DNA of 60,947 nucleotides, from positions 1 through 60,947 of the forward strand of contig JACRFA010000033.1 of assembly GCA_016218065.1 (NCBI GenBank), written 5' to 3'. This stretch comes from Ignavibacteriota bacterium. GTDB lineage: Bacteria > Bacteroidota > Ignavibacteria > UBA10030 > UBA6906. Numbering within the stretch: position 1 is the stretch's first letter; the number at the start of each line of letters is the position of its first letter. The notes below the pieces were generated by a model. That model worked only from the letters and a program-made list of their open reading frames with translations. It was not told the origin of the DNA and did not search any database. Below, piece by piece: positions 46,795 through 55,994 of this stretch. The translations under genes and the position numbers were made by a program.

Positions 46795-47649
46795 ATGACG
46801 ACGCATTTTCTTGGACTTATTTCGCTTCTGATGACGCACGGATTTTCACCGGAGGATTCAGCTATTGGCTCAGTACAGCCAACCGTTGCAGAGGTAACCT
46901 CGCCATTGCACGTCATGGCGTCAGGCTTCGGAACACTTGGCAGCTACTCGACCGGAACCGATCTACGTTCCGCTAGCGGCTATGTCTCGCTCAGCAATTC
47001 GTGGCGCGACTATTACACGGTCGGTTATGCCAATCTCTGGCTCGAGCGCTCCGACGCCGGAGGCAAGTACTACTCACAGAATTTCGTTTCTGGTCGAGTA
47101 ACAAAGTTTGTAAGCCAACGCGTCTCGTTGACGGGCCTCTATGGATTTCTTGATGAGGGTGAGATTGAGTTCTATTCGGGGGCGGCGGTATTCCATTGGA
47201 TCGGCGCCGGCGCAAACTATTGGTTCTCGTACACTCACGTCGCAGGCGCATCAGCGGCTGTCTCGCTCTCGAAAGGCAACCTCGCTGCCTCTGCGCTCCG
47301 CGGATACTTCTCGTTCGACGTACTCAATGGTATTTGGACAACGTCGACCATCGTGGTAACCGGCGCTGAGTGGTCCCCGACGTTCCTGACGTTTCACCAA
47401 ACGCTGAGCGTCCCTCTTGGAAACGAAAACTACATCGTTGCGACGGCTGATTTCGGACGAAGAGGATTCTATCTTGACGACGAATCGTTGGTCGTGTACA
47501 ATCAAAGGGCGATTCAAACCGGCTCGTATGCCGCCAAAGCAACCATCAAGCTCACTTCCGGAATTTTTCTTATCCCTTCATTTGAGTACGATACCTTCGA
47601 TGACTTCAATGCAAAGTACGGTTCCATCGGCGTTCGTGCAGTATTCTAG
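46795..47649 (+). CDS. hypothetical outer-membrane beta-barrel-like protein
   Basis: Alternating hydrophobic/polar beta-strand periodicity and a C-terminal ...IGVRAVF. The N-terminal signal is weak. I recognised no family. Confidence 0.4.
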   Translation: MTTHFLGLISLLMTHGFSPEDSAIGSVQPTVAEVTSPLHVMASGFGTLGSYSTGTDLRSASGYVSLSNSWRDYYTVGYANLWLERSDAGGKYYSQNFVSGRVTKFVSQRVSLTGLYGFLDEGEIEFYSGAAVFHWIGAGANYWFSYTHVAGASAAVSLSKGNLAASALRGYFSFDVLNGIWTTSTIVVTGAEWSPTFLTFHQTLSVPLGNENYIVATADFGRRGFYLDDESLVVYNQRAIQTGSYAAKATIKLTSGIFLIPSFEYDTFDDFNAKYGSIGVRAVF

Positions 47650-47666
47650 CCTCTGAGTTCACCACC

Positions 47667-49277
47667 ATGAAAATCCAATTCTCAATTCTACTCTCTCTGT
47701 TGCTGTGGGCGTCGCAGTGGACATTCGGTCAATCGTTTTCTCCTGTGTGGCGGACTGCACCTTGGGACTCGGGCGGCGTCAGCCCGAGCAGCTTGGTGTG
47801 GTCGATGGTCCGATCCGAGCTTGATCTGGATAATGATGGAAAGAAAGAGTTCCTTGCAGTGAGTTCGTGGAGCAATTCGTACTACAATACTGTATATCTA
47901 TTCGAGGCGGCGGGCAACAATCGGTACGACAGCATCTGGAGCTACTCGTTCTATCCTTACAGCAATGACTACAGCGCTGTAACTGTTGCCGATCTTGATG
48001 GTGATGGACGAAAAGAAATTCTCTGTCTCATCGATCCGTCTGACTCAACGTATCACGGCTTTTATGTATTTGAATGGAATGGAACGAACAACGGATTTCC
48101 GTCGCTGCCGACGACAACGTGGACAATGAGCCTGCGCGGCGCGTTCGATGAGGGAGGCGCGATCATCGCAGGCGATTTCGATAACGATGGCCGCGACGAA
48201 GTTGCTGTGTCGCTGCAAGAGCGCTACTCGATTCCCAAAAGTCGCATCATGATCTTTTCGCTAGCGGCTGGATCATCATTTTCCAATCCGACGTGGAACA
48301 TCGAGATGAACGACTCGACGACGTTTCTGTATGCCGGCTACGCGCTTGAGTCAACGGATCTTGATCGCGACGGCAGAAAAGAAATCGTTACCGCGGGTTG
48401 GGAACGGCATACGTTTGTAGTTTACGAGAACACAGGCTCGGCCAATTCGTATGTGCTGGCCGCGTACATCACGGGCATTGATACCGCAGTTGATCTCTCG
48501 AACATGGGATTTGCAGAGGCGAACTTCGACAACAATGGAACGAACGAATTGTACATCGCCACAGCCGACGGCCGTTTCTACGTCATGACGAACCCCGGCG
48601 ACGTGAGTCAGATTACCGCGGCGAACGTGACCAAGCTTCAGCAATATAATCCCTACAAAGGAATCGCAGGCGTGTCGAAAGGAGATGTTGATGGTGATGG
48701 AAAACCTGAGTTGTACCTCGCGGGAAGCTATCACGAGGCGGTGTTTCAGTGGAAGTACAGCTCCGGCCCCGTGACTAATCCGGCAAGCTACGTCCGCACG
48801 ACAATCTTCCAGGACGACACAACAGATCAGCATACGTCAGGCTCTGATCAGGGATGGCTGCGTCCTTCGAAAGTTGCCGTCGGCGATTTTGATAGCGATG
48901 GCCGACCGGACATGGTAATTGCATCTGCGAGTCTCGCCCGCGACAAATCTGTGCTTACCGTCGTTGAGCAGATTCCGAACGATGTCGTGGAATCGGGTAC
49001 GGAACCGGAGGAGATCGCGCTATTTCAGAACTATCCCAACCCGTTCAACCCAACTACGACTATCGGGTTCAAGGTTCCCGCCTCATCGGCGGCATTGGTG
49101 TCGATGAAGATTTTCGATCAACTCGGTAGCGAGGTCGCAACACTCGTCAACAAGAGACTTGAACCGGGCGACCACACGGTGGTTTGGAATGCATCAACGA
49201 GATCGAGCGGAGTGTATTACTGCCGCCTCACGGTGGGGACGAGGACGTATTTGCGAAAGATGATCCTTGAGCGATAG
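47667..49277 (+). CDS. FG-GAP/VCBS-repeat protein with a T9SS C-terminal sorting domain
   Basis: Signal peptide, six D.D.DG+.E motifs (DLDNDGKKE, DLDGDGRKE, DFDNDGRDE, DLDRDGRKE, DVDGDGKPE, DFDSDGRPD), and the CTD FQNYPNPFNPTTTIGF...YYCRL. Confidence 0.82.
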   Translation: MKIQFSILLSLLLWASQWTFGQSFSPVWRTAPWDSGGVSPSSLVWSMVRSELDLDNDGKKEFLAVSSWSNSYYNTVYLFEAAGNNRYDSIWSYSFYPYSNDYSAVTVADLDGDGRKEILCLIDPSDSTYHGFYVFEWNGTNNGFPSLPTTTWTMSLRGAFDEGGAIIAGDFDNDGRDEVAVSLQERYSIPKSRIMIFSLAAGSSFSNPTWNIEMNDSTTFLYAGYALESTDLDRDGRKEIVTAGWERHTFVVYENTGSANSYVLAAYITGIDTAVDLSNMGFAEANFDNNGTNELYIATADGRFYVMTNPGDVSQITAANVTKLQQYNPYKGIAGVSKGDVDGDGKPELYLAGSYHEAVFQWKYSSGPVTNPASYVRTTIFQDDTTDQHTSGSDQGWLRPSKVAVGDFDSDGRPDMVIASASLARDKSVLTVVEQIPNDVVESGTEPEEIALFQNYPNPFNPTTTIGFKVPASSAALVSMKIFDQLGSEVATLVNKRLEPGDHTVVWNASTRSSGVYYCRLTVGTRTYLRKMILER

Positions 49278-50322
49278 CTCGCACACGTTGGTACCCGAGA
49301 ATCAAGAGCGACATGGAAAGTATCACGGAGACGAACCATAACGCCGCTTGCCCAAGCGCCTGAGTGCGATACAAGATTGTTGCCATATTTCCTATGATGA
49401 GCCACTGAATCACATACGCAGATGTCACGTTGCGTCCGAGCCACTGTAGATATTTTCCGACAGCGGATGCATCGAACAGACGGTTGAGCCATATAACTGT
49501 CATCAACCACACAAAAAGAAATCCGCTGATCCATAGCATGAGAAGTATGCCGTGATGATAGTAGAGCGGAAGGTTCGTGATTGTGTTGATGGCGAAAGAA
49601 GAAGTGGCAATGAGAAGACTCACGATCGTGAAGATGAGAAGTATTCTGACCTTTTGGTCCATTGCAGAGAAGCGCGAGTGGACGGCTGTGGCTTTCGCAA
49701 ACGCGACGCCGAACAGTGAGTACGAGAGCCACGGAACAAGCGGGAAGTACGACCACCAGTCTTCGCTCCAGATGAACGCGGCGACGTAACGGACGACATG
49801 ATTCTCGGTCGCCGGGACAGGAGAGAGAACAGAATTGAGCGCTGCGATCGCGAAAGCGAGAACCAGCGGAACGACAAAGCCGGTGGGCGCAAACGCTCTG
49901 AGCAGCGCAATGCAGATGATGCTCAGTCCTGCGACGGGAAGTATGTCTGCCCCGAAGATGAAGGCGAATGGGTCGAGCTGAAATTGTCCGCGGCTGATAG
50001 AGTACAAGAGGTTCGCGTTCAGTCCGACATTCAGCAGCAAGCCGCCTGCGACGAGCAATACACCGCGGCGCATGAGTTGTGCAAGCGACTTTCTTGAATG
50101 AACAACGAAGTAGCCCATGACCGCGAGAAACACGGGGGCCGCCGGCGGTCCGCCAAGAAAGAGCGAAACGCGGCCGATGGGACTGTGCAGAAGTTCTTCC
50201 GTAGCGAATTGCTCCATGATGTGAACCTGAACCATGAGGACAACTGCGATGCCTTTGAGAAGGTCGGCGAGGGTGCTTCGATGGGGTGACGTGGTCGAGT
50301 TGATGAGATTCATGAATGACAT
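49228..50322 (-). CDS. DUF1624 / heparan-alpha-glucosaminide N-acetyltransferase-like membrane acyltransferase
   Basis: The N-terminus R.STLADLLKGIAVVLMVQVH is typical of DUF1624, followed by about 10 TM helices. I chose the start at ATG 50322 because the ORF-track extension to 50736 runs through repeat DNA and the PqqD-like gene. Confidence 0.6.
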   Translation of the reverse strand: MSFMNLINSTTSPHRSTLADLLKGIAVVLMVQVHIMEQFATEELLHSPIGRVSLFLGGPPAAPVFLAVMGYFVVHSRKSLAQLMRRGVLLVAGGLLLNVGLNANLLYSISRGQFQLDPFAFIFGADILPVAGLSIICIALLRAFAPTGFVVPLVLAFAIAALNSVLSPVPATENHVVRYVAAFIWSEDWWSYFPLVPWLSYSLFGVAFAKATAVHSRFSAMDQKVRILLIFTIVSLLIATSSFAINTITNLPLYYHHGILLMLWISGFLFVWLMTVIWLNRLFDASAVGKYLQWLGRNVTSAYVIQWLIIGNMATILYRTQALGQAALWFVSVILSMSLLILGYQRVRAIAQGSSFANTSSSPP

Positions 50323-50436
50323 TACATTGTGAGGCACGCTTTCTCGTGCTGACCTACGGTCTTGTAGAGAAGAAGCTAGCAGGCCGCCAGAGTCGTCGGC
50401 CTCTTCGGTGTCCCGCGTATGAGATCCTTCGGCTCC

Positions 50437-50480
50437 GTCCCGATTGAGAAGCATCGGGACTGCGCTCAGGATGACACATG
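50437..50480. repeat. fragment of the dispersed element family (gtcccgat-N-atcgggac hairpin plus ctcagRatgaca box)
   Basis: gtcccgattgagaagcatcgggactgcgctcaggatgacacatg parallels gtcccgatttgaaatgcaatcgggactcgttcagaatgacaaatg at 38764-38808. Confidence 0.6.
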
Positions 50481-50500
50481 AAAGATGTTGAATAAAATGA

Positions 50501-50773
50501 TTGGATGCTATGGAGAATGCACGCAGTTTCGTCGTCCCCGATAGTCTCGCCGTGAGCGATTCGGGATTTCTGTTTCTTGCGTCGACGGGTGAGACGTTCA
50601 CGCTGAACCTGATCGGCAAGGAAGTGTTCACGATGCTCAAGTCGGGCGCAAGTCTCGCGACAATCAGAGAGGATCTCCAGTCTGCGTATGATGTCGATAG
50701 CTCGACGGTCGAACGCGACCTCGACGATTTTCTCAATCAACTCAAAACTTTCAAACTCGTCAGTGTGCCATGA
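50501..50773 (+). CDS. PqqD-family protein (RiPP-recognition-element-like peptide chaperone)
   Basis: About 90 aa with the PqqD pattern (...GFLFLASTGETFTLNLIGKEVFTMLKSGASLATIREDLQSAYDVDSSTVERDLDDFLNQLKTFKLV). The start is TTG 50501 or ATG 50510. Confidence 0.7.
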   Translation: MDAMENARSFVVPDSLAVSDSGFLFLASTGETFTLNLIGKEVFTMLKSGASLATIREDLQSAYDVDSSTVERDLDDFLNQLKTFKLVSVP

Positions 50774-51804
50774 ACATTGCCGTTACCGGACTGAACGCCC
50801 ACGACAATCCCGGCCCGGGGGTTCCCGTCATCCGCAGCATTCTTGAGAGCGGCGAGTTCACCGGCAGGATCATCGGACTCGCGTACGACTCACTTGAGCC
50901 AGGCATCTATCTCGAAAATATTGCCGCAAAGAGTTACATGATTCCGTATCCGTCGGCGGGGTTGGATGCGCTCTACGACAGAATCGCGGCAATCCACTCT
51001 AAAGAACACATCGATGTCATCATCCCGACGCTTGACTCGGAGCTGTACGGCTTTGTAAAGCTCGCCGACAAACTGCGCGCACTCGGCATCCGAACATTCC
51101 TTCCGACATTCGATCAGCTCAACCTGCGTGCGAAAGATAAGCTCTTCGATTTCTGTTCATCGCACGGTGTGAAGGTTCCAAAGAATCATCTCATCACGAC
51201 TGCTCACGACTTGTATATGCTGCAAGAGAAGTTCGAGTACCCGATTGTCGTGAAGGGAATTTTCTATGAAGCGTCTGTTGCTCACAGCTTCAACGATGTA
51301 ATGACGGCGTTCGAGAAGTTTCGCGCGAAGTGGGGTCTTCCGATCATCATTCAGGAGTACGTCGGAGGCGATGAGTTCAATGTCGTTGCGCTCGGCGACG
51401 GTACCGGTGCAACCGTGGGCGCTGTTGCGATGCGCAAGCTGTACATCACGGATAAAGGCAAAGGCTGGGCGGGCGTTAGCATCGACGACAAAAAGCTCAT
51501 CGAGCTTGCGCAGATCATGATGCAGAAGCTTCAGTGGCGAAGCGGGATGGAACTTGAGTTCATGAAGGAGAAGGAGACCGGCGAGTACTACCTGCTTGAA
51601 ATCAATCCGCGTTTTCCTGCGTGGGTCTATCTGGCAACGGCGACGGGACAGAACCTGCCGTACGCGCTCGTGAAGCTGGCCTACGGAGAACGCGTCGCGC
51701 CATTTACGAAATACGATGTCGGCACCATTTTCGTCCGCTATTCGTGGGATATGATTACGAAGATCAGTGAATTTGAAAAACTTGCCATGACAGGAGAGCG
51801 CTGA
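50770..51804 (+). CDS. ATP-grasp carboxylate-amine/peptide ligase, subfamily unassigned
   Basis: Pre-ATP-grasp domain plus the ATP-grasp core (YPIVVKG..., IIIQEYVGGDEFNVVAL, EYYLLEINPRFPAW). Its start overlaps the PqqD-like stop (ATGA). Confidence 0.8.
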   Translation: MNIAVTGLNAHDNPGPGVPVIRSILESGEFTGRIIGLAYDSLEPGIYLENIAAKSYMIPYPSAGLDALYDRIAAIHSKEHIDVIIPTLDSELYGFVKLADKLRALGIRTFLPTFDQLNLRAKDKLFDFCSSHGVKVPKNHLITTAHDLYMLQEKFEYPIVVKGIFYEASVAHSFNDVMTAFEKFRAKWGLPIIIQEYVGGDEFNVVALGDGTGATVGAVAMRKLYITDKGKGWAGVSIDDKKLIELAQIMMQKLQWRSGMELEFMKEKETGEYYLLEINPRFPAWVYLATATGQNLPYALVKLAYGERVAPFTKYDVGTIFVRYSWDMITKISEFEKLAMTGER

Positions 51805-51806
51805 GC

Positions 51807-53168
51807 ATGTCTGAGAAGAAGAAATACGAACGACCGGTTGTCACGAAACTGCAATCCGGCATCATGAACAAATTCGGGAGCGGGCCGGCGGTTTCCGTTC
51901 TCGAGTCGATCGACGGCGTGCCCATCAAGGACCTTCATGCGAAGTACGGTTCGCCGTTGTTTGTTCTTTCCGAAAACACCATCCGTTCAAATCAGCGCAA
52001 CGCGTATCGCATCTTCAAGAACAGGTACCCGAAAGTGCAGTTCGCTTGGTCGTACAAGACGAACTACCTGAATGCTGTCTGCTCGGTGTTCCATCAGGAA
52101 GGTTCGTGGGCAGAAGTGGTGTCGGAATTCGAGTACGACAAGGAGCGCAAGCTGGGAATTCCCGCGGAGCAAATTCTCTTCAACGGGCCGGACAAAAGCG
52201 CTGCCGCGCTCACGAAGGCGATCTCCGAGGGCGCGAAGATTCACATCGATCACTTCGATGAGTTGTACAGCATCACCGGCATCTGCGAGCGCTCTCAGTT
52301 GAAAGCTCACGTTGCGATCCGTGTCAACATGGACGTCGGCGTGTATCCACAGTGGGATCGGTTCGGACTCAACTATGAAAACGGCGAGGCATGGCAGGCG
52401 TTGAAGCGAATCGCGGCGAACAAACGCCTGAGACTCGTGGGACTTCATACGCATATCGGCACCTACATGATGACTGCCGAGGCTTATCGGATTGCCGCGA
52501 CCAAACTCGCCACGCTGGCAAAGAGTCTCAGAGACGAATTCGATGTGACGCTCGACTACATCGATGTCGGAGGCGGATTTGCTTCACACAACACGCTTAT
52601 CGGACAGTATCTTCCTGCGGAGGAAGTTGTTCCTTCGATGGAGCAATACGCCGATGCGATCGCGTCGGGCCTGAAGCAGGGATCATTCAAGCACGACGAG
52701 ATGCCGATGCTTATTCTCGAAACCGGGCGCGCCTTGATTGATGACGCGGGATTTTTGATTTCGAAAGTCATCGCCAACAAGCGCCTCTCAACCGGCAGAC
52801 GCGCGATCATTGTTGATGCGGGCGTAAACCTGATGTTCACGAGCTTCTGGTACAAACACAAGATTTCGCCTGCACAGCCGATCAGCGCGCATGCCGAAGA
52901 TGCCGTGATCTACGGACCGCTCTGCATGAATATCGACGTCATTCGCGACGGCATTCTTCTGCCGACGCTCAATCCGGGCGACAGTCTTGTGCTGCACCGC
53001 GTCGGGGCGTACAACATGACGCAGTGGATGCAGTTCATCACGCTGCGTCCGAATGTGGTGATGGTGATGAGCGATGGCACGGTGGAATTGATTCGCAAAG
53101 CAGAGACGCTGGAATCTGTTTCGGAGAACGAAGTGCTGCCGGAACAATTGAGAGCGAAACGTACATAG
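51807..53168 (+). CDS. PLP-dependent decarboxylase, fold type III (Orn/DAP/Arg decarboxylase family), substrate unknown
   Basis: Candidate PLP lysine in WSYKTNY, plus the HTHIGT, DVGGGF and GAYN blocks. It starts 2 nt after the ATP-grasp stop. Confidence 0.8.
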   Translation: MSEKKKYERPVVTKLQSGIMNKFGSGPAVSVLESIDGVPIKDLHAKYGSPLFVLSENTIRSNQRNAYRIFKNRYPKVQFAWSYKTNYLNAVCSVFHQEGSWAEVVSEFEYDKERKLGIPAEQILFNGPDKSAAALTKAISEGAKIHIDHFDELYSITGICERSQLKAHVAIRVNMDVGVYPQWDRFGLNYENGEAWQALKRIAANKRLRLVGLHTHIGTYMMTAEAYRIAATKLATLAKSLRDEFDVTLDYIDVGGGFASHNTLIGQYLPAEEVVPSMEQYADAIASGLKQGSFKHDEMPMLILETGRALIDDAGFLISKVIANKRLSTGRRAIIVDAGVNLMFTSFWYKHKISPAQPISAHAEDAVIYGPLCMNIDVIRDGILLPTLNPGDSLVLHRVGAYNMTQWMQFITLRPNVVMVMSDGTVELIRKAETLESVSENEVLPEQLRAKRT

Positions 53169-53188
53169 AAGATTCTTTCTTTGATCAC

Positions 53189-55321
53189 ATGACCTTCTTC
53201 ATCGACTCAATTCTGTATAGCTACGCGCAGATCTTCTTTTCCAACCGACGCTGGCTGGGAGCGGTTCTGCTCGCCGGAACATTTCTTGCGCCGCACATCG
53301 GGCTTGTGTCGCTGCTTGGGGTGGTCATTGCAAATCTCGTCGCGTATACGCTCAAATTCGACGAGGCGAAAATCAAAAGCGGATTCTATGGCTTCAACGG
53401 AATTCTCTTCGGCGCCGGAGCCGCGTTCTACTTTGAGTTGACGCCATTTCTTCTGGCGCTCGTGATTCTCTTCATCGTCATTACGTTTTTCATCGCGGCA
53501 GTGTTGGAACATCTTCTTGCGTCTGTGGTGAACCTTCCCGGACTCAGTCTGCCGTTCGTCATCTCGCTCTTCATCTTTGTCATCTTTCTTTCAAACTTCA
53601 ACACCATCAACCCGAATATATTGCAAAGCAATGATGAGGCGCTCTTCTCATTTCTTCCGTATGGAGTGAAGGCGTATCTCAGATCTCTTGCATTGATTTT
53701 CTTCCAACCGAATATTTTCACGGGCGCTTTGTTCGCGCTCGCTCTTCTCTTCCTTTCCCGCGTCATGTTCATCCTGAGCCTCACGGGATTCCTGATCGGA
53801 AGCCTCACGCTGCACCTGCTCTTTCCTGCTCCGTCGGATAGCATGACGATTCTCGCCGGCTTCAACTCGATTCTCACCGCGTGTGCCCTTGGCGGGAATT
53901 TGGTGATTCCGTCGCGCAAGTCTCTTGTGCTTACCCTGATAGCATCGGTGTTGGTTGTTGTGCTGACGGCATTCTTCTACAAATTGCTTGTGCCATACGC
54001 GCTGCCTGTGCTTGTTCTGCCATTCAACTTCTTGACGTTGTCGGTCATCTACAGTTTGAAATTCCGTCGCGAGCAGAGCGACATTGTTTTGCTCTACTTC
54101 CTGCCCGGCACGCCCGAGGAGAATTACTACTACCATCACAATCGTCTTGCGCGCTTCGAGCGATTCAAGACTGTGGTTCCTGAGCTTCCATTCTTTGGAG
54201 AATGGAGGATTTCACAGGGACACAGCGGAGCGCACACGCACAAAGACAGGTGGCGGTTCGCATGGGATTTCACGGTTGTGGATGAGACTGGGTCGGAATT
54301 CTCCGGCGATGGAAATCTGGCGAAGGATTACTATTGCTACAATCTGCCTGTCGTTGCGCCGCTCGACGGCACAGTAGTGCGTGTTGTGAAAGGCGTGCAG
54401 GAGAACGCGATTGGCGAAGCGAATCTCCAGTCGAACTGGGGAAACACCGTCGTGCTCGATCACGGCAGCGGCATCTTCTCGGCGGCGTCGCATCTCGAAC
54501 AATTCTCAATCAAAGTGTCGGTTGGCGATGTTGTGAAGAAGGGTGATCCACTTGGCGCTTGCGGCAACAGCGGACGCTCGCCCGTCCCTCACGTGCATTT
54601 CCAATTCCAACCGACAGACAAATTAGGCGACAAGACGACCGAATATCCGTTCGGTCAATACGTTGAGCGGAGGAATGGCGCTCTCATCCTTCACGCGTTC
54701 GATCATCCGACCGAAGGCATGCTCGTGCAAAACCTCGGCACGAACAAGACAATGAAGAAGGCGTTCGACTTCAAGCTGGGCGACAAGCTGCAATTTCACT
54801 GTGTGGCCGGGAAGACGGAGTTCGACGAAGAGTGGGAGGTGAAGGTCGATATCTACAATACGCTCTACATCGAATCTTCACGCAACGCAACTGTCACGGT
54901 TGCATTGGTAGGCAAAGTATTCTATCTGACGAACTTCGTCGGCAACAGACAGTCGGCGTTGTATCATTTCTATCTCACGGCTGTGCAGGTTCCGCTCAGC
55001 TACGAACCAAACCTGCACTGGACCGACCAGTACCCAATCTCCCGCATGCTCGCGAACCAAATTCGCTATCTGTCAGAATTCTTCATTCTCTTCGCGCCGC
55101 AGCTGCGTGCGCATGCTTCGTTCGCGTTCAAGAAGAACTCGGCGCCCGGTCAGTTCATCATTTCTAATGTGATCGATATCGTTGGCTCAGGAGTATTCGC
55201 TTCGTACAAGCGCCGACGGTCGGGAGAAATCTCGATTAGCGACGAAGGGCGGATAAGCCGCATTGATGTTCACGCGCCGTCAGAGTTTTCGGCAACAGCA
55301 ATCATTTCGGAGGAAGAATAA
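53189..55321 (+). CDS. fusion protein: urea-transporter (UT)-like membrane domain + M23 metallopeptidase + uncharacterised C-terminal domain of about 200 aa
   Basis: The N-terminal roughly 330 aa are UT-like (YSYAQIFFSN...GFYGFNGILFG..., about 9-10 TM helices). The M23 core is present (..HTHKD.., GNTVVLDHGSG, ACGNSGRSPVPHVHFQF). I recognised no motif in the last approximately 200 aa. Confidence 0.75.
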   Translation: MTFFIDSILYSYAQIFFSNRRWLGAVLLAGTFLAPHIGLVSLLGVVIANLVAYTLKFDEAKIKSGFYGFNGILFGAGAAFYFELTPFLLALVILFIVITFFIAAVLEHLLASVVNLPGLSLPFVISLFIFVIFLSNFNTINPNILQSNDEALFSFLPYGVKAYLRSLALIFFQPNIFTGALFALALLFLSRVMFILSLTGFLIGSLTLHLLFPAPSDSMTILAGFNSILTACALGGNLVIPSRKSLVLTLIASVLVVVLTAFFYKLLVPYALPVLVLPFNFLTLSVIYSLKFRREQSDIVLLYFLPGTPEENYYYHHNRLARFERFKTVVPELPFFGEWRISQGHSGAHTHKDRWRFAWDFTVVDETGSEFSGDGNLAKDYYCYNLPVVAPLDGTVVRVVKGVQENAIGEANLQSNWGNTVVLDHGSGIFSAASHLEQFSIKVSVGDVVKKGDPLGACGNSGRSPVPHVHFQFQPTDKLGDKTTEYPFGQYVERRNGALILHAFDHPTEGMLVQNLGTNKTMKKAFDFKLGDKLQFHCVAGKTEFDEEWEVKVDIYNTLYIESSRNATVTVALVGKVFYLTNFVGNRQSALYHFYLTAVQVPLSYEPNLHWTDQYPISRMLANQIRYLSEFFILFAPQLRAHASFAFKKNSAPGQFIISNVIDIVGSGVFASYKRRRSGEISISDEGRISRIDVHAPSEFSATAIISEEE

Positions 55322-55324
55322 GCC

Positions 55325-55963
55325 ATGAAAAAGTTCGTCTTGATTAGCGTCTCCGCGATCCTGATTATCGTCGGTGTGCTTGCGACGAGCGTCCTCTCGC
55401 AGAAATCGTCCAGCATACTGACAGCGTTCCATGAGTCATTGAAGCAGGAGGACGCGAAGCAGTATCCCAAAGCGATTCAGAGTCTTGAAGCGGGTTACAA
55501 GCAGAGCAAAGATGACTACCTCGTGAACCTGCGGCTCGGGTGGCTGCATTATCTCGCGAAGAACTATGATGAATCGAAGAAATACTACGCACAGGCATTC
55601 TCGCTGAGCGGTAGCAAGAGCGTCGAAGCGCTGCTCGGAAGGACGCTGCCGCTCTCTGCGGTGAATGACTGGGATGCAGTGGTCGGAGCGTATATGTCGA
55701 TTCTGCGGCTCGACCCAATGAACTACTCAGCGAATCTGCGGCTCGGACAAATCATGCTCAACCGCGGCATGTATGCTGAAGCAAAAGAATATTTGGAAAA
55801 GGCGCATACGGCGTATCCCGGATCGTACGAGCCGAACCTCTCGCTCGGCTGGACACATTACTATCTCGGCAACAAGCAGAAGGCGACTAGCCTGCTCACA
55901 ACTGCGCTGATGCTGAGTCCCGGCGACTCGTTGGCGACAAGAGGGTTGAATCTCCTCAAGTAG
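55325..55963 (+). CDS. membrane-anchored/secreted TPR-repeat protein
   Basis: An N-terminal hydrophobic helix followed by several TPR-like repeats (..A...Y..A..L.P.N..A...LG......). It starts 3 nt after the UT-M23 stop. Confidence 0.7.
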   Translation: MKKFVLISVSAILIIVGVLATSVLSQKSSSILTAFHESLKQEDAKQYPKAIQSLEAGYKQSKDDYLVNLRLGWLHYLAKNYDESKKYYAQAFSLSGSKSVEALLGRTLPLSAVNDWDAVVGAYMSILRLDPMNYSANLRLGQIMLNRGMYAEAKEYLEKAHTAYPGSYEPNLSLGWTHYYLGNKQKATSLLTTALMLSPGDSLATRGLNLLK

Positions 55964-55994
55964 ATTTGACGAAATGAGTCTTGAAGGAGCCGCA

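Noticed and set aside
50419-50481. 20-codon ORF (MRSFGSVPIEKHRDCAQDDT) just upstream of the PqqD-like gene, considered as a possible precursor peptide.
   Set aside because: It is encoded by a fragment of the dispersed hairpin element (gtcccgat..atcgggac plus the ctcaggatgaca box) that also occurs at non-coding loci. It has no SD. It cannot be supported without conservation data.
53075-53092. A sigma-54-type promoter (TGGCAC) upstream of the UT-M23 gene, considered because a sigma-54 activator is encoded in the window.
   Set aside because: The downstream element at the required spacing reads aattg/attga rather than TTGC(A/T). The site lies inside the decarboxylase coding region, so a single hexamer match is expected by chance.
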